Of a stretch of DNA of 64,000 bases, positions 10,140-22,264 are shown piece after piece. How positions within the stretch are numbered: position 1 is the stretch's first letter; each line of letters begins with the position of its first letter. Both the position numbers and the translations under genes were made by a program. The notes below the pieces were generated by a model. It saw only the letters and a program-made list of their open reading frames with translations. It was not told the DNA's origin and did not search any database. Origin of the DNA: Neoechinorhynchus agilis (lineage: Eukaryota > Animalia > Acanthocephala); contig JBMGUZ010000009.1 in NCBI GenBank assembly GCA_051530055.1, forward strand, positions 1 to 64,000, written 5' to 3'.

Positions 10140-12619
10140 GACTACTTAGAAGAAATGTTGCGGACGATTTCAGGTGAGATATTAAGTTCTATTTATATTG
10201 GTGCAACTGACGAAGAAATCATGTCAGTCTTATCGTTCCAGTCAAGATAAACGTGTCAGTTCTTGAAATTGTGGCATGCGTTTAGTACGTGTTCCACTGG
10301 CACAAATAGACCGAGTAAAAATAAATCGTTATATAGATAATCTTAAAGATTATGCCCATCATTGCGCCTTATATGATTGATTCGTTAACTATGAAATAGT
10401 GGGCAAGTTTAGTTGCATTTTACTTTCGAGAAAAATGCTTTTTCCATTTCTAAAAGCGTATTTCTATCACTAAAAAATTGATCCTTTAAGTAACCGATTC
10501 TCTTAGTTATCACTCGATTTAATAATATGAACAATAGGTCGATTTTTTTGCGATCCAGTAGATTTCCTGGGGCGGAGTGTGATTTATTCAATGTATTCAT
10601 GAATAATTTTTCACAATTCAGTGTAATACGAATACAAGCGACTGGAGGCTGTTTTATTCGGCGGCCTAAATTAAAAAGGACATCTTAAGAACAATGCACT
10701 CGCTCGATCGTGATCACTTTGCCCAAGTTCACTTTTTTTACACTTATTAGCAACAGGAATAGACTTGGAGATTTTGAGACCAATTCGACGACATTCAGTC
10801 TCACTTCCTCGACCTGGATCAACTTACTACAGAGCTTATTGTTGAACAGTAACTCACGGTGATTGTGAATTAATTGTTGATTTTCTGTATTTGACCTATT
10901 AAATAAGTAAATAAAATCATTAAAAAAGCGTAATTCCACAGATGTCGAAACGTTTTTAGTATTGTTTATGGACCATTGATTGATTTTCGTAGAAAATTAA
11001 TGGGTCAAAAATCAAAACGATTGTGAGTATTATACTTGTTTAAAACTTAATTGTAAAATCATCATTTCTATCGTTTATTTATGCAATATATTGAAGCTCA
11101 GGAAGTCAAAAATGATACAAATCTGATTGGATGCCGAGACAGGGAGCAAAACAAGTTGGTAGCAAATAAATTGAATATGTACAAAATAAAGTCAAGTTCT
11201 CAATTGAAATTTATCGTCTTGAGAACAGAATTTCCTAAATTGCAAAATACAACTAATATTTGTCTATGTTTAAAAACCGTAGATTATGTTAATTAAGAAA
11301 TCGATATAGTAAACATTCTGTGCTTTTAGGCCAATTTAATTCTTTGAACCGTAAATTGCGTTATTCCCAAAGCTAAATTTATATCGACGCTCAATTGTTT
11401 GCACGTATTTTTAATCGTGTTAAATTTAAAAGCGCACAAAATCTTGTGCTCTCGCATCTTAGTCTCAAAAAGCTTATTAAATTGCTAGAATATGCAATTT
11501 CCAACTGTCCTTGTTGAAACACCAATCTTCCATAACCTCTTCACCGTTTCGGCTATCGATCCGTCCCAAACTCATCGTTCTATCAACAAAGCCATGCCAA
11601 GGAAACAAAATTCTACTGTTCACAGCGCCTAAAAAATGCAAAAGGTAGGTTTAAGATCTTTAAGGAAGCTTTAGACACGATCGTCTATGAAACTTCGAGA
11701 CTTGATACTCTTATTTTTTCGATGAACGATCATAGTAAACTAGAATTTTGGCGAACATACCCTTCGGGCATGACATATTTTATTTATTTTAAATATTTCC
11801 CAAAGTAACCACGCCTCATTAGTCATTGTTAATTATCGGGAACTGTTTATTAACCAAATCTCATAGTAGTGCCAAAGTTTGATAAGGAGTATATAAAAAA
11901 ATACTCAACTCGCAAAATGCCAACACTCTGGAACTAGATTTCTAGCAAAATGCATCGCAAATTTTGGCTAGATATTTACGCTAATCGGATTTTGAATGGT
12001 TATGGGATTGAAATTTTTTACCTCTCTTCCCTTTAAAACACAGACTTATGTACTTTTTAAATCGAGAAAAAAAAATTCGTTTCCTTTGGTTTTTAGAAGT
12101 TTTTTAAATCATTGCTTCCGTGATATTTAGGTTTTTATTTTGCAGAAGAAATTGGCAGTAAGTTGTCAATAGGTTTAGATAGTTTAATTTATTCATTTAT
12201 CAGCGCCTAAGAAAACGTATGACAATCCGGTTTAATTTGAAACAATTATTGTACGTTTATTCTAAAAATAGGAAGTCGACCTTCATTATTTTCCGGATTC
12301 ATATTTTGCATGTTCATTTGGTACGGAGCGAGACAAACATCGGGCACTAATTATCAAAACACGTTTCCATGTAAGCTTCAAAGTTGCTTGGACGCTTGCA
12401 CATTGATTTTTAGCAATGCTTGCAGCGGTTTCTTTACTTTTGGTAATTCGACTTAATGTTTCCTTCGAGCAGTTCAGTTTATTTTCTCTACATACGGCGA
12501 GTTTTTCCCTCCTCGAGATTTACATGCAAATTTTCGAGGCCTCAACCTTCTTATCAAGCATCTAAAATCACATGTGGAAGTTGAGTTCATTTGATCCCTG
12601 GAAGCGGGACCATCAATTT

Positions 12620-14135
12620 CTGAGGTGACTCTTCACCCTGCTGCTCCACGGAGGTTATTTGTCGGAAGGACAAGAGCGGAGTTGCTCTTGTTCTTTTTCA
12701 TTGTCCTCTCCGCGTTGATGAGAAGTTTCCTTGATCAGAGCCTTCTTTGGAGCCCGTCACCATTTTCACCTTCGTTCCTCCGAAGTCGATTGTGTGGTCG
12801 TTTTGCACGGCGAGGTTGAGAATGGCCGATGACACGTCACTCCGTTTGAGTGCGTATTCATGCTTTCTTTTCCAAATACCCTGCTTCGTTTGTCCAATAT
12901 AAAGACATTGCCACAGTTTTGCAGGCTGCAGAGTAGACCACGTAATCATTGTCCTTGAGTTGCTCCGACTTGAAAACGCTGTTCAAATTCACTCCGGCCG
13001 AGGATTCACCGAGCTCGATTTCTCATTTTTGAAGAAATGTAATGAACTCGGATGAATCTCGTTTTCTTCTCGCTCGACTTGTCTTTTTTTGTCCTTCTGC
13101 ATCTGTCAGTGCCTTCTTAATGACGTAGGTTGAGTACTAAAAGTTTCTTAGTTTCCGATCGATGATGCCTATGCTCTTTTTTGTCACATATTTGTTGCTC
13201 CCTATTTCTAGTGCTCTCGAGAATAGATTGCAAGCAGCGTTAAACTTATATCTGTTGGGACCATGACTTTTCCAGTGAGTTGGGGACTCCACTCTATACC
13301 AGGTTCGTGGAATAACGAGGTGGTAATCGACGCTCCGTTTCGTTGTAAGCAGACGTCCAAGAAGCTGATCCGACCATTTTTGTCTTTTGGGGGTGATTGT
13401 CCACATTATCGACGGGTTTATCGCGTTCAGCTGTTTCTCCAGCTTCATTTTGATAGGGCTCTCGTTTGTAATCACGAACACGTCGTCGAAATACCTGAAC
13501 CAAACCTTGATTTGTGGGAACTTCACCAACTTTTTCGTATTCGATCATGAAAACGTTGGCGAGCACTGGACCTAGCGATGAACCCATCGTTACTCCATTC
13601 GTCTGATCGTACAACTTGTCCTCAAATACGAAAGTAGACTTGGTCGTGCAATATTCCACCAGTGTAGTCCACTCGTGTACTTCCAGCTTTGGATCTAAGC
13701 CTCGATCCGCCAGTATGTTCGCGGCTAACCTCTTAGCCTCATTTACCGGTACATTAGTGAACAATGCGATACCGTCTGCTGTCCAAAGGAACTGATTGCT
13801 AGTATCGTATCCTCTTATCATTTTTGCAAATAACGGACCGTCCTTGACGTAAGAGGCTGGAATCTCGACATGACCCTGAATTAGATTGTTGATTTCCTTT
13901 GCCAAACTATGACCGTATGATGAGTACGATGCAATAGCCGGTCGGACCTTCAAGAACGGTTTATGTAACTTTGGGAGCAAGTACAAAAAACCTGGCTTCG
14001 CGTTGGCTGCCCTCGTCTTTGCATACCAGTTCTGTGTGATCTTGCCAGCCGCTTTTAATCCGCTCAGGTACTAGTTGAACTCGCGTTCTCTATCTACAGG
14101 TACACTCGACAATGGAAACCTATTCCTGCAATTCC
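12620..14135 (-). mobile_element. Penelope-like retroelement (RT + GIY-YIG endonuclease), 5'-truncated and frameshifted
   Basis: YLLPKLHKP..RPAI, ALFTNVPV, QTNGVTMGSSLGPVLANVFM, WFRYFDDVF and YIGQT..R..EY motifs across ORFs 13294-13986, 13137-13529 and 12698-12949. Confidence 0.92.
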
Positions 14136-14199
14136 GGTAATCATTTTAAGGTAAATTAATGAAAATTTGGAGCTACTATCACATTTTAATTTTTTGCTT

Positions 14200-15165
14200 T
14201 GCCGGCCTTTCTTGGATCGTTTGAGGGGAGCCTACCAGTCTCGAAGAACATTTTGAAAGAAAAGTTTTGTCTTGACCGGGATTTCGTGGTGGCGGTTGAG
14301 GAATGGTGCCAGCAGACAGGCGCTAACCAAGTTCCCGTGAATGGCCTCAGACAGTCGATCTGGGACGGACCTCTTGTCGCGAGAGCTCACAGCTCTCTTC
14401 TTTCAGGTTCTCGCGATGGGGTCGTCAGAGCTAGATTGTTGGCAATTTCGACACGAGAATCTGGGGCGTGGTTGGAGGCTGTTCCTCTGGCATCTGTGGG
14501 AACTCTTCTTACTGACGAGGTGACGAGGATCGCAGTATCCTTAAGACTCGGTCTCCCGATATGCACGCCCCATCGCTGTCGATGTGGGTCTTTGGTTGAT
14601 GCTTTCGGGCGACACGGTCTCGTCTGCAGAAGGTCAGCAGGAAGGTTCTCACGCCATTCTGAAATCAATAACGCAATTTCTCGGGCGTTGAGAACGGCGA
14701 ACTTCCCGAACATCCTGGAACCCGCCCACCTCTGCAGACTAGACGGCATAGGCCCGATGGAATTTCGGTCTTCCCGTGGCGGGAGGGCAAATGCCTTCTC
14801 TGGGACGCCACGTGTGTGGACACCCTCGCAGCCAGCAACATCCCCTACTCCCTCGAAATCGCCGGTGGTGCCGCCAGTGCAGCGGAAGGGAGGAAGGTAC
14901 GAAAATATATGCAGCTATCGAGGGCTCACTATTTTGTCCCCTTTGGGGTAGAGACGTATGGAGCGCTCGGCAGCTCGGCACTCTCTCTGCTCAAGGATCT
15001 CTCGAAGAAATTGAGAGAGGCAACCGGAGACTCAAGAGCAGGCTTATTTCTTCGACAAAATATCTCGCTGGCAGTACAACGGGGCAATGCTGCCAGCGTG
15101 ATGGCGACGGTCGAGGAAGGACAAAAGCTGGAATTTGGTGGGAGGTGGTGGATGTAAAGAAAAGT
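14200..15165 (+). mobile_element. CRE-like non-LTR retrotransposon, 3' part (CCHC finger + restriction-like endonuclease)
   Basis: CRCGSLVDAFGRHGLVC..RH, RPDG..PW..WDATCVDT and FVPFGVETYG..QNISLAVQRGNAASV, with one frameshift. Confidence 0.85.
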
Positions 15166-15230
15166 TGATAAAAGACACCTGAAATAAAAGATTTCAAATC
15201 ATTAGATTAATGCGAATCGATCGTCAGAGC

Positions 15231-16200
15231 TCAAAATAAATCTTTATTTCTTTGAATCATGGTCCATAGTCGCTCACGGCAATCACCATCATACGGAAAG
15301 AGAGCACAATGCAGCATTCTAATTATGGAAGGTTCATTCCCAAAAGAATAATTATGAAATCCAAAGGTAATGATATCATTTATCGCGCTGAACGGGAACG
15401 TTCTCAATATCAGAGACAAGTTGTCCTTGTACAAAAGATGCGAGTGAAAATTCACTGCCTCAGTTCTGTGTAGTTCTAAATCATACTTAATGAGCTTGCC
15501 GACATAAATATCATCGGGCAAATGCCATTTGTTGCAAGAATTTTTTTCTTCTCATTGAAAAAAATTATCTGCATTTGATGCATCCATCAATGAAAGTCTT
15601 TTCAGGCGTCACCAAAGGAAGCATTTTCTTTAGTAAACCATGAGAATAACACACTCCTGCTCCGTATGTGTTAAAACTAAGATTTAATCGTTTTGGTCTT
15701 TTTATTTGTACGTAATCGACCGACGCTCGACCAATGTAAAAGTCTTTCCTAAAATCGAATTGTGATAAATATTCAACCAAATTGTTTAGATTGACATATT
15801 GATCGTCGTCAAATCTACAGTACCATTTCTTTTTAGAAAACTTCATTAAATTAAACTCTTTTGCCGTCTGGCAACACAGATTCTTTAGATTCCGCCCAAT
15901 TGAACATCGTGAGGAGTGCCATTTAATTCGTTTTTGAGGATAGTCTCGAATAACAACAGCGTCGGTGACCACATGAACCGATTCAGCAAACAAAAACCAC
16001 GTTTCAATCATCGGCAAAAGCCTGCGACGATAATTCGATTCAGTAGTTCGAACGATTAAAAGAACGTCGGAAATCTTACAGCATCCTGACTGACTTCTCT
16101 TATCCATTTTAGGATAAACGTTAGAATTCAGAAATAGATACCAAATTATTAATGTAACCAATAGGAGTACTGAACATTTCTGCAGTATTTTTGATTTCAT
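15231..16200 (-). CDS. Fringe-like beta-1,3-N-acetylglucosaminyltransferase (GT31), frame broken by a 46-nt insertion at ~15526-15571
   Basis: Type II signal anchor; LIVRTT..ETW, WYCRFDDDQYVNLNNL, FYIGR, YGAGVCYS, LPDDIYVG and FHSHL motifs. The two ORFs differ by one frame. Confidence 0.85.
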
Positions 16201-17149
16201 AACTTCTAATCAATGTGGATAACGCCGCACTTTCCAGAGTTTCTTGCCTTTTGGATCCTAGATAGTACTTTTGCGTGAGGGAAATATTAATCAAATAAGT
16301 CTAGGCGTGTAGATCTGCACCGTTTGGCTTATCGGCATGTTTACGCGAAACTCCCAAAACGTAGATATGCAGCAATGAGCCAAGGGCTATTATGGAATCC
16401 AGTGATGGAGAAATAAATGCTGATTTAAAAAAAATGCCAAAGAATGAGCAGCTCCAGTTGATATAAGTAATTCTGTATTTCTTGACTAACTTTCATGAGA
16501 TTGAGAGCTAGTAATGCAACCGCATGTTTATTTATTTACACTGAGACTATACACACGTGAGTTTTAGTTAAAGGACCAATCATTGATTCCATAAAATTCC
16601 ACATAAAAAGTGAGTACTCCCATTGCGCACACCAGAGTGTTTTTGCGCAAGTCTGATCGATTATCTAGGATTTGTCATTGATTTACATTTTATAATTTCC
16701 TAAATGGAATTATCGCAATATCACGGCAGCTTACCTCGAGTGTAAGGAAATATACAATTTTCTAAAAAATAATCCATGTTTGTTTTTAAAGAATCCTCTA
16801 ATAACATTTCTCGAGTAATTGCAATATCGGACTTATCTTTATGAAATCGCAAGCCCATTAAATTTTGAGCGTTCAAGAAAAGTATATTTATAATTATAGA
16901 ACAATAGCAAGGTCTTCACTAACATGTTCATTGAACCATAAGATAAAAATTTGATTTTCTTAATATTTGGTAAAAATTTATAAAACATGCCTAGCCTCTG
17001 CTCCGGTGATAGTACTAAAAATAAGAGTTTTAGTTATGTTAACGATGAATCGTTGGTTTAGTCCCAGTCGCTTGGCCCTCTTGACCACGCATTTGACTCT
17101 TTTAATAACGATTCAGATCCTTCCCAACTCATACCTAGGGTAAGTTAGT

Positions 17150-19290
17150 AAGGGAATTTGCAAACCAAGCGGTTTACTATTTTGGACCACTTTGGGTACA
17201 TCTGTGAGATTGGATAAAAGGGTAGAGATCCTGATATTTGTATCCTTTTTCCGGTTATTAGGAACTCTAAAACATTTTTGTCAATTGAGAGACAAATGAG
17301 CTTTACGTAAAAACTTGTCGATTTCACTTAAACATTTCTTAATTGTTTCAGCGATATTTCGTAAAAATTTCTCTGATAAGAAAAATTATTTTTTATGAAG
17401 ATTGGCCAGCCGGTAACTTATATCGATGTGTGGCCTATTATGACACGGCTGTTAATTTTTGGGCACACAGCCCATCGACCTGGTTCAGAGTAGTAATTCA
17501 ATTACCCAATGCACTGAACCATCCGGTAAAAGAGTTTGTACATTCCTCCGGATCCTCAGATACCTCCTAAGGATGAGGGACTCATCAGTGAGTTTCCTCC
17601 CTTGATTGAGGTACTTCGTCCCCTTTTTGCTTGTGCGTCATTGGCGGTAACGGATTCGAACCGCTGGACCCTTAATCGGGATCCACTTTTTAACTTAAAC
17701 TATTTAAATAAAAAATCCAAACTTATAACAAATAAAATGGAGGAGAGAGGAGACCCTTGAAGGACTCCATGTATATGGTAAAAAATTCTCCTATCCTTAT
17801 CGAGATCAAAGAAAACTCCCTTGGTTTTTAGCAAGATCATAATGTGATAAATAAGCTTTTTTGGAACTTTAAAAAAACCTAGGGCCTCATAAATGAAGGC
17901 TCGGTGAATTTCATCGAAGGTTCTGCATATATCTATTTGTAAAATCACGTTTACAGAATTTAGTCTTGCTCTAGATAATGCTATAAGTTCCTCCATTAAG
18001 GAATGCACACCTCTGCCTGGAATAAAACCGTGCATAAAGTCAGGAAACAATCCTTTATCCTGCATATATTTCAATAGCTTCCATGTGATTGCGCGTTCAA
18101 TTACTGAGATCAGTGGATCTTGAAGAGATATGGGTCGTAAATCTTTTGGTTAAGTTATCCGTTTGCCGCTAGTTTTCGCGATAAAAACACTTTTTGGCTT
18201 TGTTTACCTCCACAAGTTGATAAATTCTTAAGGTAAAAAGTATTTTTGAGATTAAACTCGCTTTAATATCATCATTTATTAATTAAAAAATATCCAGTTG
18301 TGTCGAGATTGTATTGTGAGCCCATGATCTACCCACTGACGAGGCTTTAATAAAATCTTCAACACATGTAAAATAATCGGTTTCTTCAATATTATCATTA
18401 AAATTGATTGGTTCACCCATATGGAAGTTTAAAATAGATTTGACAACTTCTGGATATGAGGAACTTCCAATTCATAAAGCCGCTTTTGATTTTCAATCCA
18501 CATTCACCACTTTTTGGAATGAGTAGCGCATTTTAAAAGTTTATTTCACTCTCTTCATTTCATTCCAGTATAGCGAAGTGAAATATTTGTTTCCAAACAA
18601 ATCAGCTATTGAATGGTAACCGGTTTCTCTGGCCTCAACCTCCAATTTGAAAAGATAATTTAGATTAGAATCATGCCTCCAAAAACCGAAAACCTTAGTC
18701 TTTCTTAAAGACAACTCCGAAGCGAGAGAGCATAAGTTACTGAAGTTGAGGAGAGCTGAATCTTGACTTAAAATTGCAGGTAATTTAGATAAAATAATAC
18801 TGTTAAAAGATAAAACATAAGACTTTTGTGGTACACCTCCGGTGCTGGTAAAAATCATGGCATCATGCCCCAAACGCCATTTCATTCTTATTTGCATTTC
18901 CAATGAGAATAGAACGCATAATTAATAAAAGAATGACACCCTCTGGACCAATTATGAAACGATGGTTCCTCCGGCAAAATAATATAATAATCAGAAACGA
19001 ATCTGGCTCTAAAGGCACTCAAATAGTTATTGTTAAAATCACCAACCACTATATCGGGTTTACAAACATCGATAATACCCCTCATCATCTCAATCGATTT
19101 ACTCAAGTTTGATTTTGCATTCCGATAAAAAACTCGTATCAGATGGTATGGTTCTAAATACTTTTCTTTAAGTAGAAAAGGGTTCAAAGTGGACATAATT
19201 TGAATGGCGAATTCATAGGTGTGCTTTTTGAAAAGTATTTTAGGAGAAATTACTTTTCTGAGGTAAGACTGCAAACCTCCAAAGAAGTTT
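17150..19290 (-). mobile_element. Degenerate L1/Tx1-like LINE (APE + RT)
   Basis: PDIVVGDFN (APE); HGFIPGR, QIDICRTFDEI and GVLQGSPLSSILFVISLD (RT). Many stops and frameshifts. Confidence 0.8.
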
Positions 19291-19705
19291 GTTCGAGATG
19301 ATAGAATGGACTGATTTAAAAATATTGAAAATTATATAAGTTATAAGAGGTTCTTGGTCCCGTTTCTTGTAAGAAACATCGCTTTGTTAGCGAAATGCAA
19401 TATCAGCGTCACTGAGACAAATGCGACACTTAATCTTTTATTTGACATTCCGAACGTCAATAGAATCGAACATTCCTATGATTACACAATATGATGCTAA
19501 TTAATCTCGATATTACGGGGGCTTTGACTGATCGGTTTAATGCTCACGACGAGTATTCGAGGAAATAAAATTGTTGTTTGCCTTCAAAACTCCAAACAAT
19601 AAGAAAAACATATTTGTACGGAAAATGTTTGTAGTGTGAAACGAATGTGATTTAAGAATATCCTACACCCATCCTAAACTCCGACAGATTGATCGATAAC
19701 GCCTA

Positions 19706-20496
19706 ATGAATCCTACAAAGTTCAAAGCATTGAGTATCGCAACTGCGATTTTGTTCTTTGCAAGTTCAATCTTAAGTTGGGTCTCACTATGCAGCAATCA
19801 TCCATGGTCACGAGTTCCGGATACGAAAATCACCATCAGAATCTCCGGACATTCATCCATGTCTCCGATTTATTTCCTTCTCATTGAAGGTGAGTTTCCT
19901 TCTTGTTTCTTTTATAAAATCGCTTTCGTTAGGAGGACTAATGCGCACATTGCTGCTTATGAGCGCAGGAATCGAAACTGCGGCTTTTCTCATGGCCGTG
20001 TCTCATTTTCTATGCCAAGGACGAGTTCGAATCTTGTGGCTGCAACTTTCCTCTGTTTTTGGACAAATCTCTTGTAAGTGTCGCCTACTATTGTAAATAT
20101 TCTTGATATTCGTCTTTAGTGACCTATCAACTAATGGGAATGGGATCATTTACTTTATACGTCAACGAGAATGGCCATGGATTTTGCTATCCATTTTATT
20201 TGGCGATGGGAAGCTGCCTTTCCTCGATCTTAGCCTTTGTAGTCTCCCAAACAGTGACGTATATTATCGGCACGAATATTCTCAGATTGTTTGATGATGG
20301 ATTTACTGAGATACGACCAAAGTATCTGCAGCGCAGCGGGTTAGAAATGATCAATTTCTATTAAGTATAATTCAATTATTTAAATTTAAGGGCTTTAAAA
20401 GCGAATCCTGTAGTTAATCCATTCGCCAAGGTGAAGAAATCATCAGAAGAGTTTTCTGGGACGCATGTTTCTCCACTGAAATATTTTCCCAGATGA
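19706..20496 (+). CDS. Four-transmembrane claudin/PMP22-like membrane protein, 4 exons
   Basis: Exons 19706-19889, 19933-20073, 20120-20339 and 20391-20496, joined by in-phase GT-AG introns of 43, 46 and 51 nt. Four hydrophobic segments; GFCYPFYLAMG precedes TM4. The family call is based on topology only. Confidence 0.65.
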
Positions 20497-21480
20497 AGAA
20501 GCCATCCAACTTAATCAATTAGACAACCATTCTGGCCCAATTAAAACGGATTCCCTTCATCCGGAGAGGTCTATGGATACGCCACGATCAGACATAGGCG
20601 ATCCACTTCTATATGATCGAATGTAGCTTCGGGGAAAGTGTTCAGCCTTTCATTAGCTCCAAATTAACCAAAATTAATTATTATTTACTTAATAAATCGG
20701 TTAACCTTTATGACAGGTCAGCTTAGTTGTGATTTTAAGAAAACTGGGAAATTCGATATGTGAAGAATTCGATTTCAACGATCATCAACTTCTATTTTAA
20801 TATTCGATTTTCCATTTCCATGCTCCAAATAAAGGTGGATAAAGCATACTACGCATGCAACCCTGATTTCCCTCGCCTTCAATTCTCTTTTGCTAATCAC
20901 ATTCTCAACTCGCGTAAGGCCCTTTTCTTGTACATAAACTCGCCTAATATTCCATTCACCTCTGGTGGGAAAACACTTAAATCTTTCGTCAACCTCTCAA
21001 ACTCAGACCTCTTTGCTATACTAAACTCCATCAATGCACAACTTTGTGACTCGCCTAATTTCTTATTCCCAATTAGGCTCTTCGCTTTAACATCCTAGAT
21101 ATAATTGATCCACTAACCCACATAACCAACCAAAGTTTCAAGACCGGAATCTTCCCAAATTGCCTTAAAACTTCTCGGGTTTCACTGCTCCCGAAAGCTG
21201 GTAAACTTATATTCATCTCATGTTTTCGACCCATTTCTATCTTAACTTTCTTCTCTAAGGTCTTCGAGAAATGCTTTAAAGCACACCTTCTGCCAATCTT
21301 CAATCGAAAAATTTCATCCATTCAATTAGGTTTCCGGCTTTTCGTGTACGGACGCCCCTCTTTGCATCTACGATTCTCTTTTTTATAAATTCGGATTCAA
21401 GGTTTCAGAAATTTAGATAGAATACTTGGCGTACAGGTCAAAATGTCTGCGTTTCGCTTTCGAGATAGTGAGAATGTAAA
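20440..21480 (+). repeat. Diverged segmental paralog of 7690-8470 (4-TM gene 3' end + L2 remnant + PTRHD1 upstream region)
   Basis: Collinear matches such as CAGATGAAGAAGCCATCCAACTTAATCAATTAGAC and TTTCGCTTTCGAGATAGTGA. Homology stops before PTRHD1. Confidence 0.85.
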
Positions 21481-22264
21481 TTGGGATTCCAATGCCCTCT
21501 GTCGGCTGCCAGGGATGCTGAAACAATGCTCCTTAATGAACTAGTCAATCAAAGCCAATTCCTAGAAATAATCATTTTTTTTCATTCCTGCCCATTGATT
21601 CGTTTTCTTCGTAGCATTCTCGCCTTTGAACGCTCGCAACTCTTTTGTATCTGACTTTTTTACTATGGAAATTTTCCATCTTCCGATTGCGACCAAAAAG
21701 GTTATTTTCATTTTGAACGAAGATTTCCCTTATTTGTTTGAGCAGAGAATCCTCCATGTCCTTTGGTGATGGTTTCATTTTGAACAATGATTCTTATCTG
21801 GAAAGTCGTACAAATTGTTCATGATTGGTTCTCAACTGCACAAACCATTATAAACTTTGATGTTCTCAAAGATCTTTAAAAAAAGATATTAGATATTTTG
21901 ATAATTTCATTCAGTGGACACTGAATCTATCATGCGCATAAACCTCCAGACTAAAGAAAGTGACTTATAATCCAATTTAGCGAACTCGCTAATATTTTAA
22001 ATCTCTAGAATTGGAAACGAATACGATCCTGTCATTCTTGCAATAAAAAAGAAGCTCTATTAGCGCAAATCATTTTCGAAGAATACAACTCATTAATATA
22101 AAATACTTTTGAATGCCTGGGAAGACACTTCGATGTTTGAATTCGAATTTTTGATAAGAAGCTTTGTGGAATAATCCCGACTGTGCGTAATACAGCTCTT
22201 AAAAATTCTTAATTTATTGTGATTTTACCAATGATAGCACGAGGAAAGCTTTTTATAAACATGT

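Noticed and set aside
10685-10939. Slight resemblance to ubiquitin (LGKVITIE)
   Set aside because: The segments are out of order, there is no C-terminal GG, and the ORF has no credible start.
17642-17675. tRNA-like T-arm on the minus strand (AGCGG TTCGAAT CCGTT ACCGCCA)
   Set aside because: No D-arm, anticodon arm or 5' acceptor strand upstream, and it lies inside LINE RT coding sequence.
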